Source: Dehalococcoidia bacterium (GTDB taxonomy: Bacteria > Chloroflexota > Dehalococcoidia > Bin125). Taken from it: a stretch of 64,000 nucleotides of DNA. Both the position numbers and the translations under genes were made by a program. This document shows positions 19,679-27,324 of this stretch, piece by piece; position 1 is the stretch's first letter; each line of letters starts with the position of its first letter. Location: the NCBI GenBank assembly GCA_963663895.2, contig CAXXRD010000002.1, forward strand, positions 160,001-224,000, read 5' to 3'. The notes beneath the pieces are model-generated. The model had not been told where the DNA came from, searched no databases, and was given only the letters and a program-made list of their open reading frames with translations.

Positions 19679-20845
19679 ATGAACAACGAGTCACTGCGGG
19701 ACGTCTACGTCGGCGGCGTGGGCATGATCAAGTTCGGACGCTACCCCGAAGAAAACGTCGCGACGCTGGGCGCCCAAGCGGTGCAGCTCGCGCTGGCCGA
19801 CGGCGGGATGCAGTTGAACGACATCGAGATGATGGCCGCCGGCTGTCTCTACCAAACCAACATGATCGGGCAGAAGATCCTCAAAGAGATAGGGATGACC
19901 GGGATCCCGGTCTACAACGTCGCCAATGCCTGCGCCACAGGCTCCACGGCCTTCCGCGAGGCCTACTTCGCCGTAGGATCCGGGGCGTACGACATCGCCC
20001 TGGCGGTCGGCGTGGAGCAGATGGGCAAGCGCGGCCTCCTGGGCGGCATCACGGGCGACCCCGCCTATTCGCCCGAGGGTGTGATGGGCACCGGCACCAT
20101 GCCGGGCGTATTCGGCATGGCCGGGCTCGAGCATTCCCGCCAGTACGGCACCACGATCGAGCAGTTCGCCCAGGTATCGGTGAAGAACCATGAGCACGCC
20201 ATGGCCAACCCGCTGAGCCAATACCAAGTGCGGGTGAGCCTCGAGGACGTGCTCAACGCCCGCATGGTCGCCTATCCGAACACGCTCTACATGTGCTGTC
20301 CCACCGGCGACGGGGCGGCGGCGGCGGTCGTGATGAGCAAAGAGAAGGCCAAGCAATTTTCCAGGGAGTTGATCAAGGTCGCTGCGTCGGCGTTGACCAC
20401 GGATCCGTACACGGACCGCGTACTGACGTTCCCGGACGTCAACACGATGACCGTGAATGCGGCGCGAGAAGCGTACGAGCAGGCCGGCGTCTCGCCGCTG
20501 GATCTCAACAGCGTGGAGCTGCACGACTGTTTCGCGACGGCCGAAGTGCTGCACTACGAGAATCTGCAACTGGCGCCCAAGGGCGAAGCCGGCCGCTGGG
20601 TGGACGAGAAGCTGACGGACCTCGCAGGGCCACAGGGTGACCCGCGCTGGACCCCGGTCAACACGAGCGGTGGCCTGCTCTCCAAGGGGCACCCGATCGG
20701 CGCGACGGGCGTCGCCAATATCTGCGAGATCACGTGGCAGCTGCGCGGCCAGGCGGGCGACCGTCAGGTACCCGATCACAAGGTAGGCATGGCGCACACG
20801 ATCGGCTTGGGCAGCGCCTGCGCGGTGCACATCTTGACGAAGTAG
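19679..20845 (+). CDS. SCP2-type thiolase
   Basis: NACATGSTAF, DGAAA, VELHDCF, NTSGGLLSKGHPIGATG. Confidence 0.92.
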   Translation: MNNESLRDVYVGGVGMIKFGRYPEENVATLGAQAVQLALADGGMQLNDIEMMAAGCLYQTNMIGQKILKEIGMTGIPVYNVANACATGSTAFREAYFAVGSGAYDIALAVGVEQMGKRGLLGGITGDPAYSPEGVMGTGTMPGVFGMAGLEHSRQYGTTIEQFAQVSVKNHEHAMANPLSQYQVRVSLEDVLNARMVAYPNTLYMCCPTGDGAAAAVVMSKEKAKQFSRELIKVAASALTTDPYTDRVLTFPDVNTMTVNAAREAYEQAGVSPLDLNSVELHDCFATAEVLHYENLQLAPKGEAGRWVDEKLTDLAGPQGDPRWTPVNTSGGLLSKGHPIGATGVANICEITWQLRGQAGDRQVPDHKVGMAHTIGLGSACAVHILTK

Positions 20846-20868
20846 CACGACTCCGTTCGGCGACGACA

Positions 20869-20893
20869 TGAGGGCGCCCGCTGGGCGCCCTCA
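20869..20893 (+). terminator. Perfect hairpin after the thiolase gene
   Basis: tgagggcgccc-gct-gggcgccctca (11-bp stem), no clear U-tract. Confidence 0.5.
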
Positions 20894-20920
20894 CTGATCT
20901 CCACACGGCAGAGGGACGGC

Positions 20921-21586
20921 ATGAAGGCAGTGCTCGTGCTGGCCGGCGAAGTCGCAGGAACAGCGCTTCTGCGCCGGCACTTGGACACTGCCGATCTGGT
21001 GATCGCGGCGGACGGCGGCGCCGCCCGCCTGCAAGCGCTAGGGCGTTTGCCGGACGTGCTCGTGGGCGATCTCGACTCACTGGCGGCGGGCGCCCTCGCC
21101 GCGCTCCAAGCAGCCGACGTCGAGCTGGTGGCGCATCCCAACCCCGAGCAGCAGACCGACGGAATGGTCGGATTGCTGCTGGCGCGCCAGCGGGGCGCCG
21201 ACGAAATCGTGCTAGCGGGCGTCCAAAGCGCCGACCGCCTCGACCATGGCTTCGCGAATCTGCTGTACCTCTCGGCACGGGAGCTGCACGACGTGCGTAT
21301 AACCGTCGTGAGCGACTGGTCGGAAGGCGTGCTGCTGCGCGGGAGCGGGGCGCCGTCCGTGCGGTTCCGGGGCGCGCCGGGCGACTACGTTTCGCTGGTC
21401 CCGATCAGCGATGAGGTGTGCGGGGTCGACACGATCGGGCTGCGCTACCCGCTGCGAGCGGCAGCCTTAGCGCGCGGCGCGAGCAGCGCGCTGTCAAACG
21501 AGCTAGTCGGTGAGGAAGGTGGCTTCGATATCGGCGAGGGCGCCGCGTTCGCGTTTCATCACTTCCGCCAGGGGCAGCTACCCTAG
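20921..21586 (+). CDS. thiN: Thiamine pyrophosphokinase
   Basis: IAADGGA, VGDLDS, TD, RLDH, GLRYPL, LSNE. Confidence 0.9.
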   Translation: MKAVLVLAGEVAGTALLRRHLDTADLVIAADGGAARLQALGRLPDVLVGDLDSLAAGALAALQAADVELVAHPNPEQQTDGMVGLLLARQRGADEIVLAGVQSADRLDHGFANLLYLSARELHDVRITVVSDWSEGVLLRGSGAPSVRFRGAPGDYVSLVPISDEVCGVDTIGLRYPLRAAALARGASSALSNELVGEEGGFDIGEGAAFAFHHFRQGQLP

Positions 21587-21642
21587 GCTAAAATCACTAA
21601 TCGCTGCCAGGCGAGCCAGGGACCATCGACGGAGTCGCGACC

Positions 21643-21942
21643 ATGCCGATCTACGAATTCCGCTGCAGCCAATGCGCCACCGTGTTTGAGGTCACACGCC
21701 CGCGCGAAGAGGCCGGCGACCCGGCCTACTGTCCAGACGACGGCGGGCAAGGCCAGCGCGTCTGGAATTCGTCCGCGATCGCCGCCTTTGGGAACGAGGA
21801 CTTTGACGACGATTTCGATGATCTCGGCGACGACCTCGGCAGTGACTTCGGCGCGGATGATCTTGGCGGCGACGCCGGCCTAGGAAGCGGCTGGGGCGAT
21901 GGCGGACACAGCCACGATCACGGGCATTCGCACGCGCACTGA
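21643..21942 (+). CDS. FmdB-family zinc-ribbon protein with acidic linker and His-rich tail
   Basis: MPIYEFRCSQC...CPDD; ends GHSHDHGHSHAH. Confidence 0.82.
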   Translation: MPIYEFRCSQCATVFEVTRPREEAGDPAYCPDDGGQGQRVWNSSAIAAFGNEDFDDDFDDLGDDLGSDFGADDLGGDAGLGSGWGDGGHSHDHGHSHAH

Positions 21943-21999
21943 GACGGGCGGCCGCACCGTCCTCACGATCGGAGGAGCTGTGCGGCCCCGATGCCGTGG

Positions 22000-22431
22000 T
22001 TACTTTTTCGATTCCCAGAAGATGTCGGCGATCTTCTTCACCTCGCCCCGCAGCCTGCCGGCGGCCTCCATGTCGACGTTCTGTTTGTTATAGCCGGCCA
22101 GCTTGAGCGTGTTCCAAACGAGCTCGTGCAGCTCCGGCCACTGCTCCAAATGCGGAGGCTTGAAGTAGTCGCCCCAGAGGATCGTGATCTCGTGCTTCAC
22201 GATCTCCGCGTGCTCTTCCTTGGTGACGATCATGCGCGTGGCGGAGTTTCGCCAGGCCAACGAGCCGTCGTCGGGGCCCAGGCCTTCGAGCTTCTCCACC
22301 ATCTTCTCGACCGTCTCGGCAGCCAACTCGGCCGCGTGCGGGTGGTACAGACCGCAGGGCACGTCGCAGTGGGCGTGGGCAACGCGCGCCGCGCGCGCCC
22401 AACTCACCAGCTCCATCACAGGGTTTGCCAT
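22000..22431 (-). CDS. sodN: Nickel superoxide dismutase precursor
   Basis: Leader ending AHA followed by the Ni-hook HCDVPCGLY; KEEHA, LWGDYFKP, IFWESK; GGAGG RBS. Confidence 0.95.
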   Translation of the reverse strand: MANPVMELVSWARAARVAHAHCDVPCGLYHPHAAELAAETVEKMVEKLEGLGPDDGSLAWRNSATRMIVTKEEHAEIVKHEITILWGDYFKPPHLEQWPELHELVWNTLKLAGYNKQNVDMEAAGRLRGEVKKIADIFWESKK

Positions 22432-22520
22432 TCCGCTACCTCCTTCATAGAACGAACGCACTGCTGGAACGGGCCACGCCAGCCGCTGCACTGGGCAACC
22501 AGCGGCACGGTCCGAGCCGC

Positions 22521-22982
22521 ATGATAGGAGCCGGGACGGCAGGGCGAAACTCCCAGCACGCGAGCACGGCCGGAGTATCCCGGTGGGCGGTGCTGGCCGT
22601 CCTGCTGGCCTTGCTCGCACTGATCACGCGCCGCTCCACACGTTTCGTCGTCAGGGGGGAGAGTATGCTGCCCGCGCTGCGGCCCGGCGATTACGTCTTG
22701 GCGACGGCTCCGCCCAAGTGGGTTGATGCTCCATGGCGGGGATGGGTCGTCGTCGCGCGCCGGCCGGACCGTCCCGAGCTGGAGCTCATCAAGCGGGTGA
22801 CCGGACCAGCGGCTCCGGGAAACTCCCTGATCGTGCGCGGCGACAACCCGCGTTCGAGCACGGACAGCAGGTCTTTCGGCCCCGTGCCGCGAACCGATCT
22901 GATCGGCGTGGTGTGGTTGCGATACTGGCCACCGACGCGAATCGGCCTGGTTCGCCCCCAAGGCAGGCCGGACCGAAACTGA
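22521..22982 (+). CDS. sodX: S26-family NiSOD maturation protease
   Basis: GESMLPAL, IKRV, GDNP..STDSRSFGPV; divergent from sodN. Confidence 0.85.
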   Translation: MIGAGTAGRNSQHASTAGVSRWAVLAVLLALLALITRRSTRFVVRGESMLPALRPGDYVLATAPPKWVDAPWRGWVVVARRPDRPELELIKRVTGPAAPGNSLIVRGDNPRSSTDSRSFGPVPRTDLIGVVWLRYWPPTRIGLVRPQGRPDRN

Positions 22983-22984
22983 AG

Positions 22985-23062
22985 CCTGACCGCCGACCGG
23001 ACCTTGTCATCGCCGAGTTCGGTATAGGTAGCGCCGCTGAGGGGATGGTCTTCGGACCTCAT
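22985..23062 (-). pseudogene. Short N-terminal gene remnant (MRSEDHPLSGATYTELGDDKVR)
   Basis: Protein-like first ~22 codons; the frame then runs antisense into sodX. Confidence 0.35.
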
Positions 23063-23116
23063 GGAGGATCCGGCAGTAAGTTTCTGTGCGCTCGGATATT
23101 CCCTCGCGCCGCAACG

Positions 23117-24592
23117 CTACAGGCGCTCCCCCCAGGCGGCCAGACCATTCTCAATGGTCGTTTCGAGCCACTCCCGGAAGGGTGCTTCAATATTCTCCAC
23201 TTTGTCCATCTCCGCACGGAAACGGAACGGGCGACCCGAGACAACTTCATTCTCCCACTGCCTGGCCTCATCCCCTTGACCGCTCATTACCGGGTTCGTC
23301 AGGAACGCCGTCACTGCGTGAAGGTCAGCCGCGCAACCGACAGCGTGAAGCGAAAAGACGAACCTTGTCTCTTCCTCCTTGATGTCAGGAATTCGTAGCT
23401 GCAACGAAATCCACCGATGCGGGCGCGAAAGTTCGGCAAAGTAGTCAAACTGCCGAGCGGCCTCAATGATCTGCCAGCGCCACCAGTCCTCCCTTGTAGG
23501 GTCATCAACAAACACGTGAACGCGAACATCCTCCCCGAGAGACCGCTGTAGTTCAGCTGCAGCTTCTTCGAGACGGACAGTGACGACCTGAACTAAGTCG
23601 TCCATGACGCTGGTAGCACGCTCTTGTACAGCTAGCTTGCGGCGCTTCAAGCGTTCCGCTATCGAGTCCGTAACGGCGACGAGCGTCTCTCCCCGTAGTT
23701 CGTGGATGAACCTCATCGCCTCTTGCAGATCAGCGATCTGAATGTCGGCGAAGAGGTCGACGAGAGGCTTCAGATCACCGCTGTCAGCGACGGCGAGCGC
23801 GTCGAGATAGCGCTCTCGGTGATCCTCATCGCGGATGACCAGGACGAGATGGTCCGCCTTAAGAAAGACGGCGCCCGTGAGCGCGCGGGCGATGCGGCCG
23901 TTGCCGTCCTGGAAAGGATGAATCTGGGCGAAGCGGTGGTGGAGCCAAGCGGCCTCGACCTCGGCGCAAACGCCCATGTGCTCGTGCTCCGTGTGCCACT
24001 CCAGCAGTTGGTCAATCTCGCCCTGGACTTGCTCCGGCGGGCAGTACTCGTGGATCGAGCCGTCGTTACGCAGGGGGTTGTTGGGGTATTGCTTCTACTC
24101 CCCTTTGCGCAGGGGAACCTGCACAAGTTTGCCGAACGGGTTCATGCCCTCGCAGGTCTCCTGGCTGAACGTGAGGCGCTGATGGAGCGACTTGATGTAG
24201 AAAGCTGTGAGAACACGCTCCTCGTGCCCGACGAGGTCCATGACCATCTCAAGGGCTTCGCGCTGGTCCGAGATCAGCGCACGCGCATGAGCGGACAGGA
24301 GACCCCGTGCGTGGAACTGGCCCAGCGCATTCATGCCCGCTTCGAGAATCTGGACGGTGACGCCTCGGTCCACGGTATAGAGGCGTTCGATGATGCCGGT
24401 TTCGATGGCCCAAAGGGTATGGAGCTGGTCCTGAAACGCTTTGACTTTGGCTGGGTCCTTGATGAGGTTACGGTCCTCGACCCACTGGCGGTGGACGGCG
24501 TGGAGATCCGGGCGGCACAAAGCGCCCTGCCAGTCCTCCGGCAAGTCCTCGATCTTCTCCCAGCTATGTGAAATGGGTGCTTGGTCGGACAT
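23117..24592 (-). pseudogene. Fic-family protein interrupted by an in-frame TAG (24095-24097)
   Basis: ORFs 24095..24703 and 23117..23977 are in the same frame; ...LRKGE*KQYPNNP...YCPPEQV...HPFQDGNGRIAR. Confidence 0.85.
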
Positions 24593-24653
24593 TGGCACTT
24601 CGAGAATCAGGTTCCCACCTCGCCTGCGACGGCGCAATCCAGCGGGCTCAGTC

Positions 24654-25103
24654 TCAGCCGTCAGGGGTCCCTGCGGTCTCTGCGAGCCGGATCTGCTGGA
24701 CACGCCGCAGGATCGCGGTCAGCAATCCTGCGTCGAACGCCGCCGCCAGCGCCCCTTCAACGAACCGATCCTGCCGGATGACCGTGGTGAGGAGCTTCGC
24801 GAGCTGTTCCGTGGTGGCCTGCGCGAGCTCTGCGAGATCGTCTCGCAGGCGGACGGCTTCGGCAGTGCCCATCCACGAGCCCCAGTCGAAGTCTGAGAGC
24901 ACCCATCCGTTCTCATAGGCGGTCTCGACGAACCGTGTGGCGGGCTCGGACAAGGAGGACCAGGGCATGGTGAAGGTCCCCGGCTCGACCTCTTCACTTC
25001 TCTCCATGGTTGCGAACACAAAGCCCGGAGCCTCAAAGACGGGGAGGAAGGGCGCGAGGGCGTCGAGGCGCGGCGGGACGGGCTGGTCTTCCCATGCGGT
25101 CAA
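24654..25103 (-). CDS. DUF6508-like protein
   Basis: FVETAYENGWV..FDWGSW...LLTTVIRQDRFVEGAL...GLLTAILRR; TTGA overlap with the upstream stop. Confidence 0.75.
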   Translation of the reverse strand: MTAWEDQPVPPRLDALAPFLPVFEAPGFVFATMERSEEVEPGTFTMPWSSLSEPATRFVETAYENGWVLSDFDWGSWMGTAEAVRLRDDLAELAQATTEQLAKLLTTVIRQDRFVEGALAAAFDAGLLTAILRRVQQIRLAETAGTPDG

Positions 25104-26959
25104 GGCGTCCCTCCTTCTCCCGTGGGCTCCAGTACACCGAGGTCGGCAAGGAGGTCATCAGGATTCCAGATGCGTTCGGCCAGCTTCCGGTAGAGCTCTC
25201 CGCGAAGATCCATGTCGGCGCGCTTGAACTCCCCGTGAGGGAGGAAGGGTAGGCCACTCTCTTGCCGGAAACGGCCAAAGCCTGGGTTGTGCTCATAGGC
25301 CTGCGGGTGGAGTGAGGCTGCCAGCAGGTTCTGGGTGAGATAGTGGGGTCGCTTCTTCTCGTACGTCAGGTCGCCATAGCTCGCGTTGAAGCTCTTCGGC
25401 AACAGCAGCAGCCCACCAATCCGGTTTCGCTGTTCCACGAAATCAACCGGATGTGCGAACTCATCTGTGTGCCGTTCCGGATGATCAGCCCAAATGTGCT
25501 CCACCTCGTAACGATTCCTGCCACTGGCGACGTAGTCCGAGTACCGTGCCTCCTGCCCGGACTGCATTCCCACGTAGTCGGTCATCCTCGCGAGGATCCG
25601 GTGGAGTGCATAGCGATTCTGCTGATGCATAGCGAGGAGCCGTTTACTGCTGGTAAACGTCTCGCTCTCGCTGAGCAGTTTGGCGTGCAGAGCCTCAGCT
25701 AAGGCTCTTGGGCCAAGGCCCCTGATGTCTCGCATCACGAGGAACATGGCGTATTGCATCGTCGAGTAGGCGATCGACCGAAAATTCCAGATCCGCCATG
25801 TGATGAGGATATCGACGAACCGGGCGACCAGACGTAGCTTGAGCTTGATTGCCGCTTCGTCATCCTCGATCCGCAGGGGCGCCAGCAGCAGCATGTCCTG
25901 CAGGGTGAACCCATGGCCAGCGTTGTAGAAGATGTGCTCAAGTCCATCCAGAGGCTTCGCCTGAGCCCGCTGTATAAGCAGGTGCTGTCTGCTGTAGAAA
26001 TCGAAGTCGCGATGCACGAAGTCAAAGAAGTCACCCTGCTTCTCCAACTTGAGCGCCTCTCGCTTTTCCCTGAGCCAGCGGTGGAACTCCGTCCCGATGC
26101 GATCGAAGTCCTCGGGCCTAGCTCCCTTGCGTCGCTCGCGAATGCTTGTGGCGTACTGACTTCGAAGCCACGCCTTGAAAAAATCCGCTCCATGGTCGTC
26201 ATTCTGCGTGGTCAGTTCCTGAACACGCCGACGCCAGAGGTCATTTGCCTGGGTCCGCCGACTCGAATCCATGTTTGCGAGTAAGTACCCTTTGAGCATG
26301 TCCGTGGGGCTCAGAGAGAGTCCCCGGTCGTTCATTGTTTCGAAGATCGTGTACGCATCCTCATCCGAGTACGCGGAGATTTCGACGAGGTACACCTTCT
26401 CAATAAGCCAGTCCGCGAAGTATGGGAGCGCCTCCTCTTGGAGTTCCGCTGGGAAATAGGCCTCCATGTCTTGGTAGCGCTCGTGGATGTTTTGCACTGA
26501 TTCACTCTGGCCGGTCGTATCGAAGGGCCGCCCCTCAAAGAGTGCTTCCATACAGGGCGCTCGCTCGTCTACCGCGAGGTTGAACGTCTTTTCCCCGTAC
26601 TGCTCGGAAAAGATAAGACCGCCAACATCCACGGCATCTTTACGCTCACGCTGGAGGTTTCGGAGCAGGATCAGCATCAAGGTGAGGCTCGTCAGGCGCT
26701 GCTGACCATCAACGATGAAGCTCTCGCCGGCTTTCTGGCTGATGATGATTGAGCCGAGAAAGTAGTGGGGAAATTCTTTGACCTTAGACCGGCTGATGCC
26801 GGGCTCGTACTCCCCGAGAAAAACTCCTGTCAGGTCATTGATCAGCTCGTGTACCTGTTTCGTCTCCCAGCGGTACTCGCGCTGGTAGTAGTCGATCGAG
26901 TACTTCACTTTCTCAAGCAACTGCTTGACGTTCTTCGGTTGGCCTTCGATCGGTCTCAC
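25100..26959 (-). CDS. GmrSD-like DUF262-DUF1524 (HNH) nuclease
   Basis: YQREYRW, DGQQRLTSL, FETMNDRG, EVEHIW...IGGLLLLPKSFN; GTG start with GGAGG. Confidence 0.9.
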   Translation of the reverse strand: MRPIEGQPKNVKQLLEKVKYSIDYYQREYRWETKQVHELINDLTGVFLGEYEPGISRSKVKEFPHYFLGSIIISQKAGESFIVDGQQRLTSLTLMLILLRNLQRERKDAVDVGGLIFSEQYGEKTFNLAVDERAPCMEALFEGRPFDTTGQSESVQNIHERYQDMEAYFPAELQEEALPYFADWLIEKVYLVEISAYSDEDAYTIFETMNDRGLSLSPTDMLKGYLLANMDSSRRTQANDLWRRRVQELTTQNDDHGADFFKAWLRSQYATSIRERRKGARPEDFDRIGTEFHRWLREKREALKLEKQGDFFDFVHRDFDFYSRQHLLIQRAQAKPLDGLEHIFYNAGHGFTLQDMLLLAPLRIEDDEAAIKLKLRLVARFVDILITWRIWNFRSIAYSTMQYAMFLVMRDIRGLGPRALAEALHAKLLSESETFTSSKRLLAMHQQNRYALHRILARMTDYVGMQSGQEARYSDYVASGRNRYEVEHIWADHPERHTDEFAHPVDFVEQRNRIGGLLLLPKSFNASYGDLTYEKKRPHYLTQNLLAASLHPQAYEHNPGFGRFRQESGLPFLPHGEFKRADMDLRGELYRKLAERIWNPDDLLADLGVLEPTGEGGTP

Positions 26960-27020
26960 GCGGAACCCTCCGCTCACACGCCTTTGTCGATGAGACGGAG
27001 GATAATGGTCGCGAGGGCGC

Positions 27021-27052
27021 GGGCGTCGTCGGGAGTGAGTTCGACGACGCCC
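27021..27052. repeat. Perfect 11-bp inverted repeat upstream of the gmrSD-like gene
   Basis: gggcgtcgtcg-N10-cgacgacgccc. Confidence 0.6.
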
Positions 27053-27170
27053 GGCACCCATGCCGAGCGCCTCGTTCACGAAGTCGAGGTTGAGAGCGTA
27101 CTCGCGCTGGAGGCGGAAAGGGTAATCAGTTTGGGCGATGAGGAACCAGCGGTCGAGCGACTTGCCGTCG

Positions 27171-27275
27171 CCGCTTGGCCCGGTACCGAACTTCACCACC
27201 ATTGAAGTCGTTCCCCTAGACGGCACTCCCACGCAGATCATCACCGTGACGGTCACGCGCGCGGTCGGCGACTAG
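27171..27275 (+). pseudogene. Relic 3' end of a paralogous cadherin-like/LRR gene
   Basis: Translates PLGPVPNFTTIEVVPLDGTPTQIITVTVTRAVGD*, matching 28231-28320 and 29781-29881. Confidence 0.7.
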
Positions 27276-27324
27276 ACTCACTGCCCTAACCCGGCGGCCC
27301 CAGCGAGCCGGAGAGGAGCGCGCG

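Noticed and set aside
24095-24097. Genome-wide amber recoding or pyrrolysine
   Set aside because: TAG terminates many conserved genes at their expected ends; no pyl genes in the window
26960-27256. 99-aa N-terminal extension of the GmrSD-like ORF
   Set aside because: A GTG with RBS at 26959 fits the domain start; the upstream part is junction debris in an open frame
22983-27324. Integron cassette array, IS or prophage
   Set aside because: No integrase, transposase, attC core sites or target-site duplication recognised
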